Below, piece by piece: positions 33,274-43,420 of a stretch of 64,000 nucleotides of DNA; positions within the stretch are counted from its first letter, which is position 1; the number at the start of each line of letters is the position of its first letter. This DNA comes from Bdellovibrionales bacterium (GTDB lineage Bacteria > Bdellovibrionota > Bdellovibrionia > Bdellovibrionales > UBA1609), in NCBI GenBank assembly GCA_050249195.1, contig JBFWQY010000003.1, positions 64,023-128,022 of the forward strand, in the 5' to 3' direction. A program made the position numbers and the translations under genes. The notes under the pieces are model-generated. The model was not told the DNA's origin and did no database searches. It saw only the letters and a program-made list of their open reading frames with translations.

Positions 33274-35136
33274 CTAGAGAGTCGGGGTTTCCGCAGGACT
33301 GAACGCCGCATTCGCAGCGTCCTCGCGCACCTGGCGCGAAAGCCGTTCGTGGTAGGCCATCAGCTGCGATGGGAGATGTTCACCAAACCGCGAAAGAAAA
33401 TCGCGATGATCTTCAAGCTCCTGAGTCCACGCTCCCCCATAGATTTGATTGATCTCATCAAACTGCGTTTCTGGATAACTCTCCAGGCCCTTCCAATCCA
33501 GATCACCGTAACGGGGACTTAGTCCGAGAGCGTGTTGGACACCGCCTGTGCGAAGACCTGTGACGCGTTCGAATATCCATTTTAATACGCGCATGTTGTG
33601 CGAGTAGCCGGGCCACATAAACTCGTTGTTTTGATTGCGGCGGAACCAGTTCACACCGAAGATCGCGGGAAGTGGGGTTCTCGCACTGGCGAAGCTGAGC
33701 CAATGGGCGAAGTAATCTCCCATATTATATCCACAGAACGGGAGCATGGCCATCGGGTCCCGGCGCACAACACCCGTTCTGCCGGCCGCAGCGGCTGTCG
33801 TCTCGGAAGCCAGCGTTGCACCGAAGTACACACCGGCGGTCCAGTCCTCGAGCTGTGTGACCAACGGGATCAGCCGGGCCCGACGTCCACCGAAGATGAG
33901 TGCGGAAAGGGGAACCCCCTCGGGAGCATCCCACTGAGGATCGCGCGACGGGCACTGGGACAAGCTCACGGTGAAGCGGGCATTAGGATGGGCCGCCGGA
34001 CGACCGCAGTCGGGCGTCCATTCTTTCCCTTGCCAGTCCACCAGGCGCTCGGGCGGAGTTTCTGTTAGACCCTCCCACCATACGTCGTCCTCGGGAGTGA
34101 GCGCCACATTGGTGAAGATCGTGTTGGCGCGCAGAGTTTGCATGCACATCGGATTTGTCTTGGTCGAAGTTCCCGGAGCCACACCGAAGAAACCGGACTC
34201 GGGATTGATGGCGTGAAAGCGTCCTTCTTTTCCCACATGAATCCACGCGATATCATCACCCACGGTGGTGATCTTCCAGCCGGAGAGTTCCGGAGGAGGT
34301 TCCATCATCGCAAAATTGGTTTTACCGCAGGCGCTCGGAAATGCGGCGCTCACATAAATTTTTTCACCTTGGGGTGACTCCACTCCCATGATCAGCATGT
34401 GCTCTGCCAGCCAGCCCTCTTGTCGCCCCATGAAAGAGGCCAAGCGCAGTGCGAGTCCCTTCTTGCCAAGGAGAGCATTACCGCCATAACCGCTGCCAAA
34501 AGACCATATTTCGCGCGCCAGAGGATCGTGAACGATATATTTTTCGGGATTGCAGGGCCACGCCACGTCCGGCTGGCCCGGTTCCAAAGGTTTTCCCACG
34601 GAGTGAATGCAACGCACGAATTCATCGGAATCCGCCAATTTACTCCATACGGCGGAACCCATTCGGGTCATCCGCTTCATATTAACAACGACGTAAGGGG
34701 AGTCCGTCAGTTCAATTCCCACGACCGAAAAACGTGAGCCCAGCGGACCCATACAAAACGGAATCACGTAAAGCGTGCGGCCGCGCATGCTTCCCCGGAA
34801 CAACGGTTTCACTTGGTGATTGAGATCTTTAGGATCCATCCAGTTGTTGTTGGGACCCGCCTGCTCGGCGCGCGGCAGGCACACGAAGGTCCGATTCTCC
34901 ACCCTCGCCACATCTTGTGGATCCGACCAGGCGAGATAACTGTTCGGGCGCTTGGCCGGATTCAGCCGGCGCAATGTCCCTTGCTGAACCATAAGATCAA
35001 GAAGCCGCTGATCTTCATCCTCACTTCCATCGCAGACATGTATCTGCTGAGGTTGGCACAGATTCGCAATCTCCTCGACAAAGCCTCTTACCGCCGGGTT
35101 GGTTAAAGTCCCAATGGAATTCCGATCCCCACTCAT
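33274..35136 (-). CDS. pckG: Phosphoenolpyruvate carboxykinase (GTP)
   Basis: Full-length GTP-PEPCK features, including FPSACGKTN (P-loop) and WFR...FMWPG. ATG 35136 follows GGAGGGGG; the ORF track start at 35163 is a GTG upstream. Confidence 0.95.
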   Translation of the reverse strand: MSGDRNSIGTLTNPAVRGFVEEIANLCQPQQIHVCDGSEDEDQRLLDLMVQQGTLRRLNPAKRPNSYLAWSDPQDVARVENRTFVCLPRAEQAGPNNNWMDPKDLNHQVKPLFRGSMRGRTLYVIPFCMGPLGSRFSVVGIELTDSPYVVVNMKRMTRMGSAVWSKLADSDEFVRCIHSVGKPLEPGQPDVAWPCNPEKYIVHDPLAREIWSFGSGYGGNALLGKKGLALRLASFMGRQEGWLAEHMLIMGVESPQGEKIYVSAAFPSACGKTNFAMMEPPPELSGWKITTVGDDIAWIHVGKEGRFHAINPESGFFGVAPGTSTKTNPMCMQTLRANTIFTNVALTPEDDVWWEGLTETPPERLVDWQGKEWTPDCGRPAAHPNARFTVSLSQCPSRDPQWDAPEGVPLSALIFGGRRARLIPLVTQLEDWTAGVYFGATLASETTAAAAGRTGVVRRDPMAMLPFCGYNMGDYFAHWLSFASARTPLPAIFGVNWFRRNQNNEFMWPGYSHNMRVLKWIFERVTGLRTGGVQHALGLSPRYGDLDWKGLESYPETQFDEINQIYGGAWTQELEDHRDFLSRFGEHLPSQLMAYHERLSRQVREDAANAAFSPAETPTL

Positions 35137-35303
35137 TCTCACCCCCTCCAGGTTAAAGCGCACTTATAGACCTGAGGACGTACAAAGATCGTCAAAAAAC
35201 GCTCGGTGTCACGAGATCGGATGATGTCTCACGAGAGAAATGAAGTGGCTCTCACTACCCGCGAAACATTTATTTTTCGCAACGTTCACGTTATAGTCCG
35301 CTC

Positions 35304-36584
35304 ATGTCAGACATACCTATTGAAAGTTGGGCGGCGACTCTCTGTTTTGTGCTCGCGATTATCCACACCTTTTCCGTCCGGCGTCTTCAGCATCTGGCGC
35401 ACTCTTATCCGCCTGGATCCGTGGGAGAAAATTTCTTCCACCTCGTGGGTGAAGTGGAAGTCGTGTTTGGTTTATGGGCGGGGATTTGGATTTCCATACT
35501 GACGGCTATACGCGGGGTAGAAGCGGGTGTGAACTATCTCGAACAACTGAATTTCACTGAGCCTGCGTTCGTATTTGTGATTATGACGGTGTGTTCGACC
35601 CGACCGATTCTCAAGCTGGCTTCTGATGGGATCATGTCGGTGGCGCGCCTGATCCCTCTTTCTCGCGCCGTGGCCTTCTATGGAGTTGTCATGGTTTTGG
35701 GGCCGCTGTTGGGAAGTTTTATTACGGAGCCTGCGGCCATGACCGTATCCGCTCTGATACTCTACTCGCGCTACCTTTCCCGTGATATCCCGAGCCGACT
35801 GAAATACGCAACGCTGGGTCTGCTCTTCGTGAATGTCTCAATTGGCGGGACTTTGACACCTTTTGCCGCGCCTCCGGTGCTTATGGTTTCAGGAATTTGG
35901 AATTGGGATCTCACGTTTATGCTAGCCAATTTTGGCTGGAAGGCGGCCCTGGCCACCATGATCTCTACGGCTGGCACCCTACTTTGTTTTCGTAAAGACC
36001 TTGATGCGATGGAGTGGAAGGACGACGAAGGGGAGGAGGGGGGGGCGATGTCCATCCCGTTATGGGCATCCGCCCTGCACTTCATCTTTCTGGTGGCGAT
36101 TGTCTCTTTGCATCGCTATGCGGCCGTGTTTATGGGGATATTTCTGTTCTTCCTGGGACTCGTGACCGTGACCCAGGAATACCAGCGCGAGCTCAAACTA
36201 CGCGAAGGGCTACTCGTGGGTTTTTTTCTCGGCGGACTCGTCGTGCTCGGTGGCCCGCAACGTTGGTGGCTAGAGCCCCTGCTCGCACAACTGGATGCCG
36301 GCGCTCTCTTTGTGGGCACCACAGCTTTGACCGCAATTGCGGACAACGCGGCGCTAACCTATTTGGGAGCGCAAGTGCCCTCGATTACGGACGCCAGCAA
36401 ATACTCTTTGGTCGCGGGGGCGGTGGTGGGAGGCGGGCTCACCGTGATTGCAAACGCACCGAACCCGGCGGGATACGGAATCTTGAATCCGGCTTTTGGC
36501 GAGGACGGGATCAGTCCGATCGGGTTGTTCTTAAGTGCCCTTCCTCCGACGCTCGTCGCGGGGATCTGTTTCTGGTTCCTGTAG
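35304..36584 (+). CDS. Polytopic membrane transporter, possibly Na+/H+ antiporter-like or ion-transporter superfamily
   Basis: 426 aa with at least 10 hydrophobic helices. An N-terminal ...AIIHTFSV...LAH...GEVEVVFGLWA pattern recalls putative cation antiporters. The family call is tentative. Confidence 0.65.
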   Translation: MSDIPIESWAATLCFVLAIIHTFSVRRLQHLAHSYPPGSVGENFFHLVGEVEVVFGLWAGIWISILTAIRGVEAGVNYLEQLNFTEPAFVFVIMTVCSTRPILKLASDGIMSVARLIPLSRAVAFYGVVMVLGPLLGSFITEPAAMTVSALILYSRYLSRDIPSRLKYATLGLLFVNVSIGGTLTPFAAPPVLMVSGIWNWDLTFMLANFGWKAALATMISTAGTLLCFRKDLDAMEWKDDEGEEGGAMSIPLWASALHFIFLVAIVSLHRYAAVFMGIFLFFLGLVTVTQEYQRELKLREGLLVGFFLGGLVVLGGPQRWWLEPLLAQLDAGALFVGTTALTAIADNAALTYLGAQVPSITDASKYSLVAGAVVGGGLTVIANAPNPAGYGILNPAFGEDGISPIGLFLSALPPTLVAGICFWFL

Positions 36585-36741
36585 GACGCTGACTCGCTCG
36601 GACTCGGCTCGGACTTGATCGGGCTTTTGGTCGGGCTCAAGAGCGTCTCCAGACTCGCTTTAGGTCGCTAATCCGTGGCATGGAATGGACGCGGGACTTC
36701 GGACCTCGTTAAATTAAGGAGAGACATCTTGAGAGGCCATC

Positions 36742-37599
36742 ATGAAAGTGTTTCTCCTTTGCTGCAGTTTGGTCACCGGACTTCTATTTTCCGCGGTATT
36801 CGCCGCAGAGTCTGGCAGTGCCGATAAAACTGACAAGGCCCCTAAATCTGACAAGGACAAAAGAGAAAAAAAGGCGGACAAAGCAAATCCGGCTGACAAG
36901 GAAGAGGACGACGACGAAAAGAGTGAGATCTCGCAAATTCTCGACGGTCTTGGTTACCCGGAGCTACAGGTTGTTCCGCGCGCCAGTGAGCGCCTCCGCA
37001 TGGAAGCGCGCATTGAAGCCGGTACCTGGTTTGTAAGCCATTGGCCGGTCGAGGTGTCGGGTCTGGTCACGATGTACGTGGGTCTATCAAACAAAAATAG
37101 TAATAAAGAGGATTTATCCGCGAGCGAGAAGGATGCCGCGTCTACGATCAACTCCGTGGCGACGGCTGTCGGTGCCGGATGGCTTATCGGGGGCCTGGTA
37201 TTAGGTCTGCAGCGTCCGTATCGCGAGGGGATTCGTACAATCATTCGCTACAAGGGTGAGGATGAACGGACCGTCCTGACCCGCGAGCGACTCGCTGAAG
37301 AAGCGCTCGAAAAACCCGCGCGCACCATGCGCGTGCTGCAAACGTTATCCGTGATTACGAACTTGACGGTAAATGTGTTGTCAGCGGTTCATGCCGACGA
37401 CAAGGGAAAGATCACGGCCGGAGTCGGGGCGTTACTGGCCTTCCTTCCCGTCATGTTCGAAGATCCCACAATCACCGTCTATGATAAACATATTGAATAT
37501 AAAAAGAAAATCTATGCGCCCTTGAAGAGCGCCTCCTTGCACTACGATTCCGAAACAAACTCTGTCACGCCGATGACCTACCTGGTATGGCAATTCTGA
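36742..37599 (+). CDS. Exported protein with Lys/Asp/Glu-rich linker and hydrophobic segments (unknown function)
   Basis: Signal peptide MKVFLLCCSLVTGLLFSAVFA. The KTDKAPKSDKDKREKKADK low-complexity stretch is followed by predicted TM segments. Confidence 0.7.
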   Translation: MKVFLLCCSLVTGLLFSAVFAAESGSADKTDKAPKSDKDKREKKADKANPADKEEDDDEKSEISQILDGLGYPELQVVPRASERLRMEARIEAGTWFVSHWPVEVSGLVTMYVGLSNKNSNKEDLSASEKDAASTINSVATAVGAGWLIGGLVLGLQRPYREGIRTIIRYKGEDERTVLTRERLAEEALEKPARTMRVLQTLSVITNLTVNVLSAVHADDKGKITAGVGALLAFLPVMFEDPTITVYDKHIEYKKKIYAPLKSASLHYDSETNSVTPMTYLVWQF

Positions 37600-38516
37600 C
37601 CGTATATATAACATATTTGACGCCACTCGCAGTCGGCCTCCTGATCGCGTTAACAGGATCAATGGCGCACGCCGTTTCGGATGACCAGATTCATCCGGAC
37701 CGCCTGCGCGCTATAACCGAGCAGGCGAAATCCCTATGCAATTCCACCGGCGAATATGTAGAAGCACTGAAGTTCATGCGTGAGACGCGCATCCTTGTGG
37801 TGACAGAAGAGGCGGCAAGAAAGATCGCGGATAAGGTATCCAAGGGGTGCGACGGGGCGGCCCGGCGTTATTCACAAATGTTAACCCTGCTGAAGACCGT
37901 GGGTCTGAGTGATCGCCGCGCTCTTGAAATCGCGCTCGAGTTTTCATCTTACCCAACGGATGTGCAAGTGAACTTCGCCGAGATCTTCAACCGCGCGTTC
38001 TTGTCCGAGTTCTTCGATTACGACTACCGTATGGCCGTGGAACTCGCTTATGAACTTTCGAAGAACTACAAAGGGGAGCCGGCCTTGGTTCGCGAGGACT
38101 TCATCGAACTCGCACGCTTTTGCCGCGACACTAAGGACCTGGATCTGCCTCGCCAACTCTGCGCGGAACTGGCGATTCGACTTGCGCGTCTCAGCCAGTT
38201 TTTCCCGCAAGGCGTGAAGGCGCCATTCTATCGCCTCTTCAATGAGTTGCGCAACAAACGCGAGTTTTCTCTTGATGTGAAAACCGCCCTCGAGATCACG
38301 TACAATGTGCTCAAAGGAGGACCCAAGGCGCCAGAGAACTTCTTCGCGGCATACGCATTCGCGACTCGCAAGGAGGGGCTGGACTATGACCATAGCGCGG
38401 CTCTCTCCTTCGCTGTCAAGATGGCGAAACGATCCCATGTCGGAGAAGAGCCTCCTCCCATTCCCGCTGTGGTAAATCCGCGGAGTTCGGTCGATGTCCC
38501 TTCCGAAGCGCTTTAG
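37587..38516 (+). CDS. Exported alpha-helical protein (unknown function)
   Basis: Overlaps the upstream gene by 13 nt. The N-terminus LTPLAVGLLIALTGSMAHA is signal-like. No motif recognised. Confidence 0.65.
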   Translation: MAILTVYITYLTPLAVGLLIALTGSMAHAVSDDQIHPDRLRAITEQAKSLCNSTGEYVEALKFMRETRILVVTEEAARKIADKVSKGCDGAARRYSQMLTLLKTVGLSDRRALEIALEFSSYPTDVQVNFAEIFNRAFLSEFFDYDYRMAVELAYELSKNYKGEPALVREDFIELARFCRDTKDLDLPRQLCAELAIRLARLSQFFPQGVKAPFYRLFNELRNKREFSLDVKTALEITYNVLKGGPKAPENFFAAYAFATRKEGLDYDHSAALSFAVKMAKRSHVGEEPPPIPAVVNPRSSVDVPSEAL

Positions 38517-39579
38517 ATTCGCAATAGGGACTTGCGCGCTGCTGGTACTGACTTTCCCGTTCGGCTCCCGCGCTCAGGAACCACAATCTCCGGCCCCAGT
38601 TTCGGTAGCCCCTCGTTCAGCGCCCACGCCCGCACCTGCGCCTGGACCGCCACCTGGGTCGACCTCGCATTCCGAGAATCCGTCCGCCGTTCCAGCTCAA
38701 GCGCCTTCAGGCACCAAAAGCATTGAATTGGAGTGGGAGCCCATAGAGAAGGCTGGTGGTTATGAGGTTCGTCTCACCCCCGCGCAAGGAGGCGAACCTC
38801 TCATCTTTCCCACGACAGAAAGTAAGTTGATACGAGACGTACCCATGGGCGTGTACAAGGTTCAGATTCGCTCGCGCGCCCGCGATGTCGATTACTTCAG
38901 TCCTTGGAGCGGCGTCATTGAGGTGGAGGTTGTGGCCAAAGAGCCCGAGCCCCTAAAACCGGAGCAAGGAGCGGTTATTCCAGGACATGGGCGAAAGAAA
39001 GTGACAGTTGATTTTGAATGGACGCCTGTGGAAAAAGCCAAGCGGTATACGCTACGCGTGTGGAGCCAAGCGCGCAAAGACAAGCCTTGGATCTTCCGCA
39101 CCGAGGGGACCCGTAAAAGCCTCGAGGTGCCACCGGGGGAAGTTTATTTCTGGCAGGTGTTTTTCACTTCCAGTACAGGTATCGCCTACCAGCAGGAACC
39201 GCTGGCATTCAGCTTCAGTGTGCTTGGCGCAAAGCTGATCACGCCGAATCCGCAGGCGCCGGAGAAACCGCGCGAGGCAAAAACGCTGGCTTGGAAACCC
39301 TCCCCGGAGGCAGAACGCTACAAGACAAAGCTCCTGTACCGTCACCTCGATGAGACCGAGTGGACTGCGGTGAAGGAAATCGCGGTCATTATTCCCGAAG
39401 TGTCATTGAGTGATCTTAAGCCGGGCCAGTATCGGATCGAACTGATCGCACAGGCACGTCGGCGCATGGACTCCGATGTGGGAGCCGCAGAATTCGTTGT
39501 CAAGCCGACTGAAGCCGAGGTGATAACGGCTCTAGCGGGAAGCCAGCTCCAGAAGCCGCGCGACCCGCAGAGCCGTTGA
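38494..39579 (+). CDS. Secreted protein with three fibronectin-III-like repeats
   Basis: Overlaps the upstream gene by 23 nt. Signal peptide, then a Pro/Ala-rich linker. Three modules begin LEWEPIEKAGGYEVRL, FEWTPVEKAKRYTLRVW and LAWKPSPEAERYKTKLLY. Confidence 0.7.
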   Translation: MSLPKRFRFAIGTCALLVLTFPFGSRAQEPQSPAPVSVAPRSAPTPAPAPGPPPGSTSHSENPSAVPAQAPSGTKSIELEWEPIEKAGGYEVRLTPAQGGEPLIFPTTESKLIRDVPMGVYKVQIRSRARDVDYFSPWSGVIEVEVVAKEPEPLKPEQGAVIPGHGRKKVTVDFEWTPVEKAKRYTLRVWSQARKDKPWIFRTEGTRKSLEVPPGEVYFWQVFFTSSTGIAYQQEPLAFSFSVLGAKLITPNPQAPEKPREAKTLAWKPSPEAERYKTKLLYRHLDETEWTAVKEIAVIIPEVSLSDLKPGQYRIELIAQARRRMDSDVGAAEFVVKPTEAEVITALAGSQLQKPRDPQSR

Positions 39580-39592
39580 GCAGACTCTGGTA

Positions 39593-40825
39593 CTAGCGAC
39601 TCACCAGCTCTAGATAGAGCTTCGAGATTTCGGCTTCAGCAATCACTTTGTTTACAGCATCTACAATTTCTTGGTGCCCTTGTGTGACCGCGACACCGTA
39701 CTCGTCCGTATTCGTCAGCAGCGACTGTCCGTTGTTGATTCGGAGGATATAAGCATCCGACCAGGCATTGGCGATAACTTCGTCGGTGATAAAGACATTG
39801 CCGTTAGCTACGGGCTTGTCTGGGCTCTCCTTCTCCACGAGTTTTCCAAGTGCGGAGGAGTTGTTGACAGTCTGAATCTTCACATTCGCCAGGCCCTGAA
39901 GATTCTGCCGCGCCCAAGTTTCGGCCGTGGTCCCCTTGCCCACATACACCGTGACCGGCACTTCGCTCGTTTCCAAGTCCTTAATGACCTGAGGATTCTT
40001 TTCTAGCATCGGATAATTGAACGTTCCCATCACGAGACCCGTTTTGAAATAAGGGTTGGAAAAACTCACCTGCTTTTTACGGTCTTCGGTGATTGTAATC
40101 AGAGAAATAGACATGTCGACAACTCCCGCACGAGTGAGGCTAATTCGCTCGTCGGCATTTTTTAGCGGGTAGAACTCGACACGGCGGTTGAGTTTGGCGC
40201 CGACGGCTTCGGCAAAGTTGATATCGGCTCCAAACCAAGCCGCCCCATGCTGCTCTGCTAGAAGGCGATAACCATCGCGCACGCCCACTCGGAGAACGGG
40301 CCCCGTCGGACCGGCTTGGGATTGCTTGGGATTGGCATCAACGACCCTGTAGGTTGCGCTCCCAATTGTGCAACGATTTTGTTTTTCCGCGTTGCGATCA
40401 AGGTCGAACATTTGAGCAAAAATGCCGCTATCGGCGGTCAATTGCGAGTTGAATGTAACGGTTTGAACCATCACGGTTCGGCCTTCTTTTTCCTGTATTT
40501 CGCGTCTAAAGGTTTCAGTCCGTTCGCGCAGTTCCTGCTTGATCATCTGGATCATTTTGTCGCCGCCGGCATTGGCGCCAAAGAATAAGGGAGGGCATGC
40601 GCGAGCCGTGGCCTCGATTTCCTGAGTTTGCGGGAAAAACTCGAATTTCTCGATGTCGGCTTCACTCCAGAGAGCCGCACTGTGCGCACGCAGACTCAGC
40701 CCAAGGCCTAATCCTAAAACCATAAGCACCACTCCCGTTCGCCACAAATGCGCGCCGAGCGCAAACGACCATAGCGACCGTAGGAGTGTGCGACCAACTT
40801 TTTCCAACCAACCGGATTGCTTCAT
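39593..40825 (-). CDS. Periplasmic solute-binding protein family 3 domain protein with about 190-aa N-terminal extension
   Basis: ATG 40825 follows AAGGAAGGA. The C-terminal half (FGADINFAEAVGAKL...VDMSISLITITEDRKKQVSFSNPYF) matches SBP_bac_3. Confidence 0.72.
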   Translation of the reverse strand: MKQSGWLEKVGRTLLRSLWSFALGAHLWRTGVVLMVLGLGLGLSLRAHSAALWSEADIEKFEFFPQTQEIEATARACPPLFFGANAGGDKMIQMIKQELRERTETFRREIQEKEGRTVMVQTVTFNSQLTADSGIFAQMFDLDRNAEKQNRCTIGSATYRVVDANPKQSQAGPTGPVLRVGVRDGYRLLAEQHGAAWFGADINFAEAVGAKLNRRVEFYPLKNADERISLTRAGVVDMSISLITITEDRKKQVSFSNPYFKTGLVMGTFNYPMLEKNPQVIKDLETSEVPVTVYVGKGTTAETWARQNLQGLANVKIQTVNNSSALGKLVEKESPDKPVANGNVFITDEVIANAWSDAYILRINNGQSLLTNTDEYGVAVTQGHQEIVDAVNKVIAEAEISKLYLELVSR

Positions 40826-40994
40826 AGGTCCTTCCTTATTTACTGGTTTAGGCGCGCATTTTTCCCGTCCGGATGTCAGGTTGCGCCTCAAAGGAGGGAG
40901 GGGAAGCTGAGCGTGAGTTATACAATGCGCCGCTTATTACACCGCGTCATCTGGCGGGTCAATGAGAAATCAAAGACGGTCTTCAAAAAGGTAT

Positions 40995-42374
40995 TTAAAA
41001 GGTGGAGTAAACAAAGGGTTGAAGCTCGCCCCTCTTAAAGTAAAGGATCAAAACCAATAGAAGGAAAGGCACGGGAATCATACGCCAGTACCACCGGGAT
41101 CGCGCCAGCCGCTCAAGCCAGGAGGTTCGGGTCAGGCTCCACTGAATACACTCGTTGGCCGCCATTAGGGCCAGGAGCATCGGCAAAGAGAATTCCCCTG
41201 CTTTTATAAAGAAATCCCAGTTCGCCGTGCTCCAGCCGATATGGGACCAAATCGTCCAAGCTTCGGTCAACGTTCGCGCCCGAAACAGGATTCCGGGCAA
41301 ACTGATGAGAACGACATAATTAAAAATTAGCGCCAACGGAAGCGTCCAGGCCCGTTTGAACAAGGAGCTATAAAGCCGTTCCGGCCGCACCCAGATCAAG
41401 ACGGCTTGGAGAACGCCATAGAGCGCGAAGGTCCAGCGAATATCATGCCAGAGTCCAAAGATAATAAAGCTAACCAGAATCAGAGGGAAGGCTCCCCAAG
41501 TCGCCAAGCGCGTCGACAGCAGGGGATAAAAAACATAGTCACGGATCCAGGCCTGCAGCGAGATATGCCAGCGGGTCCAAAATTCACGGAGCGAGCGGGC
41601 CGCAAATGGACGATCAAAGTTAAGCGTGAGATCAAGGCCAAAAAGCCCGGCAGCGCCCAGCGCGAGCAGGGACGCGCCTGAAAAGTCACAGAAGATTTGG
41701 TACTTGCTTAGAAGAATCGCGCAGAGAACGGGAAGTCCTTGGTATTCCGTCGCGTTTTGCAAGATCGGACTTATAAAGGGCGCGAGGTTTTCGGCGATCA
41801 CCCCTTTTTGAAAGTATCCCAGCCAAATCAAAAAAAGTGACCGGTAGAGTTTTTCATTAGGAGGGAGATAAATCGTGCGAAACTGGTCGATCAGCGAAGG
41901 GCGTTCGATCGGGCCCGCAACCTTGTTGAAGACCAAAAGGCCATAAAGGAAGAACGGAAGAGGTTGTCGCTGGACAGGTTGGCGCCCCCAATACACCTCG
42001 ATCAGATACGAAACCATTTGAAATGTGTAATACGAAAGGCCCAACGGCAGTCCCCAAAGCTCGGGCTGACGGCCTAAAACTGCGACCCCGCCCAGTTTGT
42101 AAAACACCATCGGTGCGAGCTGTAGAAGTACGCAAGACCAGAGGCGAACCCATGTGGGGCAAGCGCCAATCCAGAGCCCCATGATAAAGGCGGCAGCCAC
42201 CTGGATGAGTGTGATCGAAAATCCAGACCATCCCAGGTGGCTCAATATTCCCACGCTGAGCGCGAGTAGGAAAATGTAGCGCCACCGGGGCGGGGTAAAG
42301 ACGTAAGCGATAAACGCCACCATCAGCAGTAAAGCGGTATCGAGATTATATAAGATCACGGAATCCTCCCGCAT
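40995..42374 (-). CDS. MBOAT-family membrane O-acyltransferase (AlgI/DltB/PatA-like)
   Basis: FWTRWHISLQAWIRDYVFYPL signature and the downstream conserved His (GLWHD). Polytopic. Confidence 0.9.
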   Translation of the reverse strand: MREDSVILYNLDTALLLMVAFIAYVFTPPRWRYIFLLALSVGILSHLGWSGFSITLIQVAAAFIMGLWIGACPTWVRLWSCVLLQLAPMVFYKLGGVAVLGRQPELWGLPLGLSYYTFQMVSYLIEVYWGRQPVQRQPLPFFLYGLLVFNKVAGPIERPSLIDQFRTIYLPPNEKLYRSLFLIWLGYFQKGVIAENLAPFISPILQNATEYQGLPVLCAILLSKYQIFCDFSGASLLALGAAGLFGLDLTLNFDRPFAARSLREFWTRWHISLQAWIRDYVFYPLLSTRLATWGAFPLILVSFIIFGLWHDIRWTFALYGVLQAVLIWVRPERLYSSLFKRAWTLPLALIFNYVVLISLPGILFRARTLTEAWTIWSHIGWSTANWDFFIKAGEFSLPMLLALMAANECIQWSLTRTSWLERLARSRWYWRMIPVPFLLLVLILYFKRGELQPFVYSTF

Positions 42375-43408
42375 GGGCCAGCCATGGCTTGATGGAGTGC
42401 CTTAGTCATTCTCCTGGCACCGCGCGTGTTCAGGTGGGTGAAATCCCGGAATTCCGCCCACGGCCACGTTTCAGGCACGGGAATAAATTGGATGTCGGCA
42501 TTGTTTTGCGCGAGCTGGGTCAGATGTTGTCGTCGCGCCTTTATATGAGGTGCAACAAGCTTCAATTGGTCGGAGTCGGCGACAGGGAGAAGAGCCAAAA
42601 AGAACCGGATTCCATTAGCCCGCGCGAGCCGGGCCAGTTCGTAAATGTAGAAATCTTCGGAGGGCGAGGGGCGGAAAGGGGAAAGAAACGCAGCGTGAAG
42701 CTCCTCGCGAAAAAAACTGGATTCAGGAAGTATGCTGTCTCGAGAAAAATGTTGAAACCCACGGCGACTTTCCAGGCGCGCTTCAAAGCGATCTTCCCTT
42801 TCCAACAATTTCGCGCCACGCTCGTTAAACAGATTGTCTAAATTGGCAAGGGGGATTTCATCGAGTCGAAGCCAAGCGCGCGCACTGGCGATGGTGAAAC
42901 TCAGCCAGCTCATCTGGTTGGCTGGAAAAACGTCATGCGCGCGGCTAAAAAACCACATCCGCTGCAGTTCCAACGGCCCGAACACCTGATAACGAACCAA
43001 GCCTCTGAAGAACTCTTGATAATTGCGCCGGTAATTGTACTGAGTTGCAAAGAGAACACAATTCGGGGCTGGCCGCCTCGCTAAAAAGGCCTGCAGTCCA
43101 ACGTACGCGGTCTGGGCCGTGCCATTATTCAAGGCGAGATTTACGCCAAAGAGGTCTTTCATCTTCTTGGGAGCCAACACACTCCGCGCCGTGGAATCGC
43201 CAAACACGACAAACTGAATGCGAGGAGAGGAGACATTCCCGCCTTCCGCCATAAAATGCGTGTAATACTCGCCCTGGAAGTCGTGTCCCTCAGAAAGCAC
43301 CAGATGGTAACGCTTGAGAACGGCGAAGTAAGGCAGCCATAAGAGGACGAACGGGAGCAGTACTCCCATAAAAACGAGATTGATCTTCGATCTTAAACCG
43401 GGTTCCAC
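42356..43408 (-). CDS. Membrane-anchored partner of the MBOAT, SGNH/GDSL-like (tentative)
   Basis: An N-terminal TM helix is followed by FVVFGDSTA (GDS block at 43193-43201). Overlaps the MBOAT gene by 19 nt. Confidence 0.55.
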   Translation of the reverse strand: MEPGLRSKINLVFMGVLLPFVLLWLPYFAVLKRYHLVLSEGHDFQGEYYTHFMAEGGNVSSPRIQFVVFGDSTARSVLAPKKMKDLFGVNLALNNGTAQTAYVGLQAFLARRPAPNCVLFATQYNYRRNYQEFFRGLVRYQVFGPLELQRMWFFSRAHDVFPANQMSWLSFTIASARAWLRLDEIPLANLDNLFNERGAKLLEREDRFEARLESRRGFQHFSRDSILPESSFFREELHAAFLSPFRPSPSEDFYIYELARLARANGIRFFLALLPVADSDQLKLVAPHIKARRQHLTQLAQNNADIQFIPVPETWPWAEFRDFTHLNTRGARRMTKALHQAMAGPCGRIP

Positions 43409-43420
43409 TTAATAAAAAAT

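Noticed and set aside
36014-36592. 192-aa alternative-frame ORF inside the transporter gene
   Set aside because: It is Arg/Gly-rich and lies in a different frame of a region that encodes clear transmembrane helices in the annotated frame.
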